In this document: one piece after another, positions 48,192 through 60,289 of the stretch
Layout of the letters: each line of letters opens with the position of its first letter
Numbering within the stretch: position 1 is the first letter of the stretch
Assembly: GCF_964355755.1 (NCBI RefSeq)
Contig: NC_092674.1
Span: 30,752,001 to 30,816,000, forward strand
DNA: 64,000 bases
Source of the DNA: Antedon mediterranea
Lineage: Eukaryota; Animalia; Echinodermata
Direction: 5' to 3'
Notes under the pieces: model-generated
What the model was told of the DNA's origin: nothing
Database searches by the model: none
The model's input: only the letters and a program-made list of their open reading frames with translations
Position numbers and translations under genes: made by a program

Positions 48192-49353
48192 CTAGTAACC
48201 TTTCCTGCCACGAAATCGATTCCTTGTATCAAGCTGAAAATAACCGAAGGACAGAGATTACTAAATAACAGTGTAAAATTATGAATTACATAAGCTGAAT
48301 ATAAATTAAACAGATTATTGTCATTATATTAAAATGAAACAAGGAAAATATTAAACTTAGCACCATAATAAATTTGAGGATTGAACACATGACCCATTAA
48401 GACTTGTCTAATTACTTTAATTGATCTCTGTTTCCTGCTTAAGTTTAGTTCTATTCATGTAGAATTCTAGACTGACAATTTCATGGTTGTCTGTAAAGCT
48501 CTGTAGTATCAACATAATTGGACAAAAAAGTGTGATATGCCCAAATATGGTAGTGATATGACATCATCATGTCCGTATTATTATAGGCACATCACATTTT
48601 TTGTCACATAAAGTTTGATAGTGTAGATAGAGCTTTAGAGACAACCATGAAATTATAAGTCTAGAATTCTACATGAATAGAACTAAACTTACATAAAGTT
48701 TGATAGTGTAGATAGAGCTTTACTGAAGGTATTTCTCAAGTCAAATAAGAAAATAAAAAGTTAACTTACTAAAGAACGTTTACATTCAAAGAACGAGTAT
48801 TGCAAAGCTCTGCAGTGGCTATCTACATCACCTCCTGGTTGTAAGCATTCCTTAGGCGTTTTACCCTCCTGTGGAAAAAAACATACACTGTTTTAATTTA
48901 GGGTATAAAGAATGGTTTGTTCCAACAAAATGATACAGTACAAATCATAGTGTTTTATAATACTGGGAGCCTTCAGTTTGTGACATTTTTCAAACATTTT
49001 GGGAACATTTGGCTAATATTTTTGGGGACATGTTTTGGGGACATTTTGAATGTGCTTCTTCACTCACTTCCTTGACTCAGTTACTCCTTGGGAATATTTG
49101 CTAATATTTTAGGGACATTTTGCTAATATTTTGGGGACATTTTGCTAATATTTTAAGGACATTTTGGTTGTGCTTCTTCACCACTCAGTTCCTTGACTCA
49201 GTTATGACAAGTCCAGATGACAACCAACGACACATATTACTCTATGATTACCTTGCGCACACAGTTGCTTTCCAATAAGCATGTTTTTAAGTCTTCTTTT
49301 AACCCGGAACAAGGTCGCTTGCTTTCTGGTTTATCCTCATAATATTTTGGCAT
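48192..49353 (-). CDS. COA5: Cytochrome c oxidase assembly factor 5 (PET191), 3 exons, 80 aa
   Basis: Exons 49252-49353, 48770-48868, 48192-48233: MPKYYEDKP..CSGLKEDLKTCLLESNCV..EGKTPKECL..CRALQYSFFECKRSLLDTRNRFRGRKGY*; not in the ORF track. Confidence 0.95.
48980..49203. repeat. Degenerate GGGACATTTTGCTAATATTTT repeats
   Basis: Several copies, plus a duplicated TGTGCTTCTTCA..CCTTGACTCAGTTA block. Confidence 0.65.
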
Positions 49354-50152
49354 TCCTGTAGTATAGCGATAAACAAAATAAATTTAAATTCAGTATTTAT
49401 ATTGTAAATTAAGATTATTGAACAACAATGCTGAATAACCACCAGCATGATGCCATTAAACTGTTACAACAATATTAATATTATACATTTTTAATCTCTA
49501 AATAGAATTATTAGTTGGCTGATTGCATGTCGTCGTTAATATTGCATACCAATAAAATATATAATATATCTCTATGCACTATTGTCAATCAATACTGTAC
49601 CCTACTTACTCAATTTTATTTAACATAACGGATTATCATTGACAAAACTATAAAAGTGTAAATGGTTTTATTATTATTCTACTTGAATGTACAATATAGT
49701 ACAACATCTAATATTTTACTAATAATACAGTATACTATATAGATGCTAACTATATCATACAGTCCAGTGATTGTAGGAAATCCTGATTGTAGCCAGAGAA
49801 GTATGAACGACTCAAATAGAGAGTTAACACACTGCTTATCTATAATCAGATACTTCTACTTGATTCGGGCTGCTTATTAGACACTTAACATATACAAATC
49901 ATATTAAACAATCTATAAAAATTGAAATTAATGGCTTCAGATCTCTCTTTATTACCTAAACTTTCATGTCATGGAGTGTCCAATGAAGAAATAATCAGCA
50001 GCAGTTACTTCTAAAACGTCTGGACCTCGAGACTACGTTTAGTTATCAACAAAAACAACACGTGGGTTTTAAACAACGACGAACATCGAACACGAGAAAA
50101 ACATTGGGGTGATTTAGGCCTAGATTAGCAGGCCTATAGCCAAAAATATAAA

Positions 50153-53100
50153 ATGAAATTTTCATTCCAGGTGAGTTAGTATAATAATGATTTATATATA
50201 TACGTTTAAAAACAATTTAGAATTATTTTGACAAATTTAAGGTGAGATTATTTTCTAGCCTAGCTAGGTCAGTCATTCGAAAAGGTGGATGTGAGACAGC
50301 AGGCAGCAGGATCCAGATTGTTCAGGCATTAGGAAGCTTTGCTTTAAGAGTCGTTTCGTCCTACTAGACCACGTTAGTTGATCTTTCTGGTGTGCTTGCC
50401 TTGCACGTACTATTTGATATTTGTTTTTAAAAATGTAATAATTTTTTTTTCTATTGTTAGAATTTTTAGAATTAAAAGAAAAATATTACTGTTTTTTAAA
50501 TTGCATGAAAAAATAATTTGTTTGCAGTTTTCCAATCTACTTGGAGTGGTATATCGATGTGGTAACCTGAATTTCAGTGTGGATGGTAACAGTATCTTTA
50601 GTCCAGTGGGAAATAAAATCACAAAGTTCGATCTAAAAAAGTGAGTCTAATTTTTAGAAATTGAAAACAATGTTTCTTATAATGTTTTTTAATTTATTAA
50701 TAATTATAGTAGAGATATTTATGTGATACAATTAAAAGTCTACTTAAAATATTTTCAATTGATTATTTCACTTTGTTTAGTTACATTAAAAACTAAAATT
50801 GACTGTTGTGAGGATTTTCCAAGAAAACGTATGTATTGTACAGTACACTACAATACAAACTTTATATCATGTTGTTTTTTTAGTAATGCATCACATACAT
50901 TACCTATTGAAACCAACAAGAACATAAACTATGTAGCAATATCTCCAAATGGAAACACTGCCATCCTTGTTGATGAGGGTAGGTACCAATTTATCTTTAG
51001 ATATTTAAATTTTCAATTACTTTTACAAAAACATATTGTTACAATAATACTGCACTGCTGCAACGAATAATAAAATAATAACAGATTTAGAAAATTATTG
51101 TAAGTTATTTATTTAGTATCATAATTAAGATGTTGTTGTGTGAAGTAAAACCGAAACTAAACTGATATTTTCCTTCACACTCTTCAACTTATATTGGTAA
51201 AAAGATAAATGTTTTGGCACACATGGTGTTTCATATGTATAATATTTGGGCTATATATTGCCTGATAGGTAGGCAAAGACACTGAATCACTAGAATATCT
51301 GTAACACTTATCATCACAGGTCAAATAATATAGGCCTAACATACTACATTAAGAACCACTATGATATTATTTAATTACAATGATTTGAAAAGAAAACATA
51401 ACAAATGTGTTAATGTTACAGATGGAGCAGCAGTACTATGTAGTTTAATCAGCCGTACTATTTTACATCATTTTCACTTTCATAAGAAAGTTGAATGCAT
51501 CAAGTTCAGTCCTGATGGCAGGAAGTTTGTGGTGCTGAAGGAGAACATTGCTCAAGTGTATCATTCCCCCGGCAACAAAATCAATTTTAATCCTTTTGTT
51601 TTACATCGTGTTTATCATGGTGCTTATGATGATACATCATGTGCATGTTGGTCAGATGACTCAAGGTAGGTCAAGGGGTCAAGCAGGGGACTTGGTGTTT
51701 GCTTGATATGATTTCTTACAGTCACAGTTAAAGCTTTTTTCTGACGGCCAATATAGGCCTACAATACTACTATAGATTTCTCATTCTGTCATTGATGAGT
51801 CGTGTGTGTTTGCTACTCTATGGTGTGAAGATAAAAAATGGGTATTGAAAAGAAAGAAGAAGTTTAGGTTTTGGATGATATTGTCCATACCTACTAATAT
51901 TTGCTTTCAATATTTTTGGTGCACACATTAGAGTAAAACATTTTATGTTTTTTAGAGTTGTTTTCAGCATTAAACTTATTTGTTACACATTGGTTTTTTT
52001 TTGTACAGTGTATTTGCCGTGGGTTCACTGGACATGTCAACACGTATCTATGCTGCTGAACCAATGGAAAGGCTTAGTATGTTTGCTGTCGGTGGTCACA
52101 AGGACGCTATTGTTGGAGTGTTTTTTGAGAAGAATTCTTTGGATGTATCCCTTTCTATGAAATAACAGAATACATTATCATGCTTAATATAGCACATTCT
52201 TAATCAAATTTATCAGATAAATAGAGAGTTTAAAATTCCTTTGAAATTAATTTACTATAAATAATAATATTAAACAAAATATATATATATACCATCAGCT
52301 GAGCCAAATCAGAAAGAAAGAAAGAAAGAAAGGATGTATATCTGTTGAAGTTAACCATGTAATTGTTGTAATCCTATGATTGTTTGCTAGATTTACACAT
52401 GTAGTCGAGATGGTGCAGTTGTTTCATGGGAATGTAGTGCAGACTTAGAGGATATTAAGACAGCACAGTTGGACCCTAGTGATAAAATACGCTACTCAAA
52501 AACAGCCAGGTATTCAACTCAATCTTAAATTATTATTGGTAGTACAGTACAGACATTTTGGCTAACAATATAAATTTTTTCCCGTCATTTAGCTGAATCA
52601 GAGATTTTAAATTTTAGCAGAATAAAAAATTTATTATTTTTTTCAGACATTTTTTGAATGAACCAAGCGATATGCGACAGCTAACTGCCGTGGATTATCA
52701 TAAAGAAACTCGTATTTTGGTTTCTGGATTCGCAAATGGTGTCTTTCAAATCCATGAAATGCCAGATTTTAACCCAATACAATCGTTAAGGTAACAATAA
52801 TTGGACATGTAAGAAGATAAAATACAAAAAAAATACTCAAAACATCTCTTAATATATCAATAGAAATTCCTAATTACAACTCCACTCCCAAAGACTTGTA
52901 ATAAGACTTTGTTTATGTAGAGCATCTTGTGTATATGTTTATCATGTGAACTGGATTGCCACCTTTTAGGATAGTGAATGAATTTCACTTATGATTATCC
53001 TTGGAAATTTGCCTAAGTATATAAAAACAAACAAAACAAATACCATAAATAATTTTGTTTCGTAATTTTTTTTAGTATCGGAGAAAGAGCAATATCTACA

Positions 53101-56100
53101 ATATCGGTGAATATAAGTGGCGATTGGATTGGACTTGGGTGTCATAACGGTGGTGAACTAGTGGTATGGGAGTGGCAAAGTGAATCATTTATAATGAAAC
53201 AACAAGGACATTATAACAACATGACAAGTGTTGCCTATTCACCTGATGGCCAGTACCTAGCAACAGGAGGTGAAGATGCTAAGGTATGGATGATGATACC
53301 ACATTTAAGATTACCGTTGGCTTTGGAAGGCATTACCATTGTCTTTGGAAGGGATTGGCTGTGGAAGGGATTACCATTGGCTTTGGAAGGGATTACCATT
53401 GGTTTTGGAAGGGATTACCATTGGTGTTAGAAGGAATTAGCTTTTGGGTGTATTTCTAATTAACACCCTTGAGTATACTGTACTTCATCAATTGTACTAA
53501 TACAGCCTAAAATACTCTATAACATCAGGGCCCAACCACCACATAAGTGTGGACGCTCCTTTCTCCCCTCCTGTATGCACAGCGAATGAATCACTGCAGT
53601 ATAAAGCTCTGTCTACACTAGACTAAAGTTTATGTGACAAAAGCATGTGATGTGCCCATATATGGACACGATTATGTCATAACACTAGTTTGATAGTGTA
53701 GACAGAGCTTAATTATTCTTTATTTCCTCCAGAAATAATGAGATTATGTGGTTGAGATCACATTTTATCATGCTAACATCCCCCTCAACATACAAAAGAA
53801 AATACATACACATGAGATACCTTATATTATAAACACATTTATGCAAGATAAACATTCAACATTAATGTTGTATCTGATGCTTATGTTTGTGTGTAGGTGA
53901 AAGTTTGGAGCATGTGTGGGTATTGTTTTGTGACGTTTAGTGAACACACTGCTGGCGTTACTGATGTTGAGTTTAGTAAGAGAGGGCAGGTCGTCGTTTC
54001 TGCTTCATTGGATGGAACAGTCAGAGCTTTTGATCTTCATAGGTATGTATTTATCTCATTATCCATTTATCCATGTCATCATTTATCATTATTGAACATC
54101 GATTTTGCACAATTATAGTTAATGTGGACACGATCCAAGTATAAAACCACTCCCTAATTTTTGCCTCTTATGTGCAATCATATAAACCTATCACCTATTT
54201 TAATTTCAGATACCGGAATTTTAAAACCTTTACATCTCCAAGACCAACACAATTCTCTAGCCTGGCATTGGATGTGAGTGGAGACATAGTTTGTGCAAGT
54301 GCTCAGGACACATTTGAGGTGTTTGTGTGGTCAATGCAAAATGGTAGACTCTTAGAGGTGAGATTCTATTTACACTTAACATTCATGTTTAATTGAACAG
54401 GTTTGTAGGCCTTGTCGTTTTTGAAAATGTAGGCATGCTACAAATTACACATGTGTGCTATAGGTTTGCTGTCTGTATCTTTTAGTATATAGAAGTGATA
54501 AAAATGATTAAAATGATAAAAGGCCTGGGTTTGGACTAGCTGTTGAAGTGGATGGTTACTGTAGATGTGACATTAAATAGGAAAGATGAATATAGTTTTA
54601 TACAAAACTTTCCATTCAATATATTATCTGTACAAATGAATGTTTCAAATGCTGTTCCCATAGGTGTTATCTGGACATGAAGGACCCATAGCTAGTATTC
54701 ACTTCAGCCCAGTAGCAGCGTTGCTAGCAACAGCCTCATGGGATAACACAGTGAAATTATGGGATGTATTTGAAAACAAAGGATCAAGGGAAACACTTCA
54801 TTTGTCAACTGATGGTAAGTGACAAATGACAATGACAAGTATGGTAAAATAGCAATTAAAAGTATAAATAAAACAAATTAAAAAAATCAAATTCTCAAAA
54901 TTGTTAGAACAATTAATAAACAAATATGAGATATTTGGTTGATTTATTTCTAATGATTAAAGCTCTGTCTAGTTTGACAAAACAAGTTTGTGCTCAAATA
55001 TAGTAGTGATATGCCCAAATATGGAAGTGATATGACATCATCATATTTTGGCACATACTACCATATTAATTGGGCACATCACACATGTTTTGGCACATAC
55101 TACCATATTTGGGCACATCACACATGTTTTGTCACATACTACCATATTAATTGGGCACATCACACATGTTTTGTCACATACTACCATATATGGGCACATC
55201 ACACATGTTTTGTCACATAAAGTTTGAAAGTGTAGACAGAGCTTTAGATCACAAATTGGAACCATAAAACAAGTTTACCATTTTATTTTCTCATGAGATT
55301 AGATTTATTTTTACAGCTCTTTGTGTAGCATTTAGACCTGATGGTAAGGAATTAGCTGTGGGTACACTAGATTCTCAGATTACATTTTGGGATGTAGAAA
55401 ATGCAACTCAAACCGGGTCAGTAGAAGGCAAGTTTGATGTTGGTGCTGGGCGCTCAGCATCTCAGTTAGTTACTGCCAAAAAAACAGCTTCTTCTAAGTA
55501 AGTAATAGCATTTTGTTTGTTTGGGATGTTTTACATTTCTTTTTCTTTACCCAAAATCATCATAAACGTTGTAAACATAAACCTATATATAATGTACAGT
55601 ATTATGGGAAAGGCTTAAAAAATAGTGAAAAATATTAAGGTGAATAATTAAATATAATTATTATTAAATGTATTGAGATTTTATAAGAATAAAGTGGAGA
55701 GCTATAATGACAGTGTGGAACAAGTGAAAGTTATCAACACTTGTAAAAGACAGTGTGGAACAAGTGAAAGTTATCAACACTTGTAAAAGACAGTGTGGAA
55801 CAAGTGAAAGTTATCAACACTTGTAAAAGACAGTGTGGAACAAGTGAAAGTTATCAACACTTGTAAAAGACAGTGTGGAACAAGTGAAAGTTATCAACAC
55901 TTGTAAAAGACAGTGTGGAACAAGTGAAAGTTATCAACACTTGTAAAAGACAGTGTGGAACAAGTGTAAGTTATCAACACTTGTAAAAGACAGTGTGGAA
56001 CAAGTGAAAGTTATCAACACTTGTAAAAGACAGTGTGGAACAAGTGAAAGTTATCAACACTTGTAAAAGACAGTGTGGAACAAGTGAAAGTTATCAACAC

Positions 56101-58148
56101 TTGTAAAAGTACTGAATGATGATCATATTAATTAAACCACAATTAAATACTTGTCATTTTTTTTATGCTCAGGTCATTTACAAGTTTATGTTACTCTGCC
56201 GATGGTAGATGCATATTGGCGGCAGGAAAGTCTAAAAATGTTTGTATTTATAGCATTGCAGAACAGATGCTGGTAAAGAAGTTTGAGATATCTACTAACA
56301 TGTCCCTTGACGGTATGCAGGTAAGGATCATGCATTGATTTAAACCCAGGATTCTACAATTTGAAGATGGGCACTTTACCACCAAGTCATGCGAATCCAT
56401 TTTTTAAATGCTTATTTTTGTTACTATTTTTTACTGATTGTTCAAGTCAAGTATTTTTTTGCTTGTGTTGTTTTTTATGTTGTTAATTTTTTGTGTAGTG
56501 ATAAAGTTGATCGATAAAAAAATTATTTCTGCATTTTAACCATAATAATGTTTAAATCAAAGGAAATGTTGAATCGTCATAAAATGACTGAATTTGGAGC
56601 AATGGCCTTAATTGACACAACAGACAACGACAATCAAAGTATCACGTTGCCAGGCGTTATTAAGGGCGACATGAGTTCAAGATTCTATATTCCTGAGGCT
56701 AAGGTCTCATGTGTGAGGTTCTCACCCACAGGTTAAAGTTCAACTTTATTTTTTTAATACCACTTTATTGATGTTTAAAAAAGTTAGATTTTAAAAAATC
56801 TACCCTCAAATAAAATCGAAGACAATGTCTATATATTTCAAGTATAAACTAAATAAATTGTCATCGGTTAAAAAATTAAGGTTTTTTTCTAATCTTTTAT
56901 TTTATTTTCTTGTTTTTAGGTCAACAATGGGCAGCTACTACAACAGAAGGTTTACTTGTTTACTCGTTGAACAGTAGCTTGACCTTTGACCCATTTGAGT
57001 TGTCTGTAAATGTCACACCTGATGCTGTCATGCATGAGTTAAAAGAAGGCCAATGGTCATCAGCTCTAATGTTGAGCTTCCGACTCAATGAAGCGAATCT
57101 GATTCAGCGTGTAGTAGAAAGTATTCCTGTATCACAAGGTAAATGGTACATTCACAATAATAATGTATTTGGAATCTACACTTTTAAACTGTGGCACAAT
57201 TGAATGAAGGTACGTCCAGCGTAATTAAAATAATGAACTGTATTAATACAGTATGATCCAGATTTTGTTCATCTGTGCTAAATAACCTGCCTCGGATGAG
57301 AACAGCACAACATAGACAATTACAGAGGCAACATGGAGAGGCCTTCACCCTGCAGTGGGTTAACCAATGAGTTTTAACAACTCCCTGGTTTAACATGACT
57401 AGAAATGATGATTATTGTGATTATGATCCTGTAATTTCATATACTGCTACTGTACTGTATTCTTTGGATATTATTATTACTGTACATAACACACACTTTT
57501 CTGTAATGTAATATTTTCTATTAAATATTGTCAATAACATCATTTTCCTATTTTTTAGTGAGTGTTGTTTGCCAAGGACTAGCAAATGTTTACGTGCGGA
57601 AACTACTCGCTTTTGTGGCAAAACAGTTGGAGAATTCCCACCATGTTGAATTCTATCTAGACTGGTGTCAAGCTTTATTATTGGAACATGGACCTAGCAT
57701 CAAGGTTGAGTCAAGCTCTGTCATGGCACTCCTAAGAACACTACAGAAAAGTCTCACGACAAGACGTGATGAATTAAGTAAATTGTAGGTTAATGCTAAC
57801 ATTTTGTATAAACTTGATGCATATATACAGTACTTGGTATAAATAATAATGAACAAGGAATGTGGAGTAGCTTTGTGTCAAGGAGCTATGTAATTGGTTA
57901 GATGTTTGCTCTACTCAGAGTAGTATTAAAAAAAATGGTTAATGCCCTCTACAAATGTTATGAATCCACCACTAGTGGGAGCGCCTGGGATAAAAAAAGG
58001 AGAGTTTACTTTGGCACACCTGTGATAAGGGCTGTACTAATTAGCATATGTTTGTTTTTTCAGATGCGATTCAAACACTTATACTTTGCAGTACATTATA
58101 TGTCAAGCTAAAATGCAGAAAGAGGAAGATACAACAGAAGAAACATAA
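50153..58148 (+). CDS. PWP2: Periodic tryptophan protein 2 (WD40, SSU processome), ~17 exons
   Basis: MKFSFQ|FSNLLGVVYRCGNL..SPVGN; VWEWQSESFIMKQQGH; SASLDGTVRAFDL.RYRNFKTFTSP; LSGHEGP; WAATTTEGLLVYS; HHVEFYLDW; stop at 58146-58148. Confidence 0.95.
53309..53435. repeat. 21-bp minisatellite (GATTACCATTGGCTTTGGAAG)
   Basis: About 6 degenerate copies just downstream of a PWP2 donor. Confidence 0.8.
55709..56108. repeat. 40-bp minisatellite x10
   Basis: Near-identical units GACAGTGTGGAACAAGTGAAAGTTATCAACACTTGTAAAA, with internal IR ACAAGTG/CACTTGT. Confidence 0.97.
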
Positions 58149-59367
58149 CATTAGTAATTTCAAATAAATATTTTTTTTTAGATGCTAGTACTATATCATT
58201 CTGTAATAGTGTCACATACGGTGGCTGTATCATGTTAAGGCCTAGGATACAGGGAATACATGATGTGATAGATTGAAACTGCATTACAGAATGTGCCTAT
58301 GTTACTGTATGTACAATTCTAGTAGAGAATTGGCCACGATGTCAGTGGACATTGTTAATGCAGTACACTAGAAAATAAATGTAACAACAAAATACTTATT
58401 CCACGTTACAAATTTATTCCATTACAAAAATATAAATTAATGAGCAACTACACAACTAGTAATACCTTTAAAAACATCACATCAAACTTGTACAATCCTT
58501 TATGGATTTTTCTACAAATAATTTGGAAAAATTTATCGAATCATTTCTAATTACAATCTACTAAAAATTACTGGATTAAAATGGAAACTGTTTGCACACA
58601 CTTTTATTTGTTCAATTTGGCTTTCATTAAAAATGCATATTACTTTTTAAAATTAGAAATCAGTTGAAATATTTGGACTGACAGCCAACCTTATTTTTTA
58701 CTAATTCAACCTGCAGCTTTGTATATTGGCTCATAATTCCTTCATGGTAGAATGAACATATTATTATTCAAATGCTTTTCTGTAATTGTCATCTATGTAC
58801 TGTTTATGTATTGTATAAACATACAAATCTAACATTGTATAAAACATACTAAACAAACTATGTAACATTTGTATTTTAATAAAAGAATATAACAAGGTTG
58901 AAAGTGTTCATTTGGCATAATTTGTATGATATTTAATTTTGCATAGTTTTATTTAATTGTTTAATTCAACTACACAGACTGACAAAATACTACTGTATAT
59001 AATAAATAATAATTAAAAGCTTTACACTGTATAATACACTAACAGAATATATATAGAAGCTGTAATATGGAAACTTAATCTGAGTAGTTGGATAACCAGC
59101 TTAAAATGATATACAATCATTCCATAACGTTATAAACAGTTTAAAAGGAGTATGGACGGTATTTTTAATTATATTTACAAATGCAAAATAACAATTCTAA
59201 CATTATATTTACTGTATTTCTTGTACACCACATCAAATTAGACAATATAAGACAAACATTCTAATAACTAATACTGTATGTATTTACTGGAATGTTAAAC
59301 ATGGAATAACATCAATCAAGTTAGTTCAACATCAAGCTTAAGTTCCTTCTTAGCAATAATGCCCAAT

Positions 59368-59590
59368 TCCCACACATGTTGCAATGGTATATTTCACTGT
59401 ACCACCTTCAGGTTGCATGCAATACACTTCTCTGATTCTGATCCCACACATGTTGCAATGGTATATTTCACTGTACCACCTTCAGGTTGCATGCAATACA
59501 CTTCTCTGATTCTGATCCCACACATGTTGCAATGGTATATTTCACTGTACCACCGTTGGGTTGCATGCAATACACTTCTCTCGATTCTGA
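59368..59590. repeat. 74-bp tandem repeat x3
   Basis: TCCCACACATGTTGCAATGGTATATTTCACTGTACCACC.. at 59368, 59442, 59516. Confidence 0.9.
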
Positions 59591-60016
59591 AAATTGTATT
59601 CATATTCATTTATTATCCAGAAAAATAAAACAAAAATTATACAAAAAGCATAAATTACATATAACAACAAGAAGCAGAGAAAAAAGCGCAGAACACTATC
59701 CTGGCGGATTGTCAAAAAGCAAAAAATATCGCTATAAAAGACTCTCCTGATAGTGCTGGTGGCAAAATAACATTAACAAGGATAAACATTTAACAACCCG
59801 GTAACATAGAATTTATATAAAACAGAATAAAAATTGCAATCATTATAAATAAACATGTCTGTGATATATACCGGAATCTCATCCCACATCCGTGGAAATG
59901 AAATAAAAACAGAATAAAAAAAAGCATTAGTACGAGACTTCTCATGTCTGAAAACAAGTTTCTCACTTCTACGTTCAACAGACAAATACTTTGTCAACAT
60001 TTGTCTTTGATTTATG

Positions 60017-60039
60017 CATGGAGGAAATATTCCTCCATG
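60017..60039. mobile_element. P-element-like excision footprint or micro-element
   Basis: CATGGAGGAAATATTCCTCCATG flanked by the 7-bp direct repeat ATTTATG. Confidence 0.75.
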
Positions 60040-60289
60040 ATTTATGCTACTGTCATATAATCTTTGAAAAATGTTTTCATTTGGTTTTTATATTAACTAT
60101 ATGTATATAATTCTTTACGTTAAACTATTCATGAATATGTACGTGTGCGATATATTCATGAATGGTTTAACGTAGAGAATTATATACATATATAATGTAA
60201 TTACTGAATGGTTATATCTATTAACATAAATTATAGCAGTTTGTTTATTAAAAAGTATTTAGTTAAAATAAACATTTGTATTCTTACCT

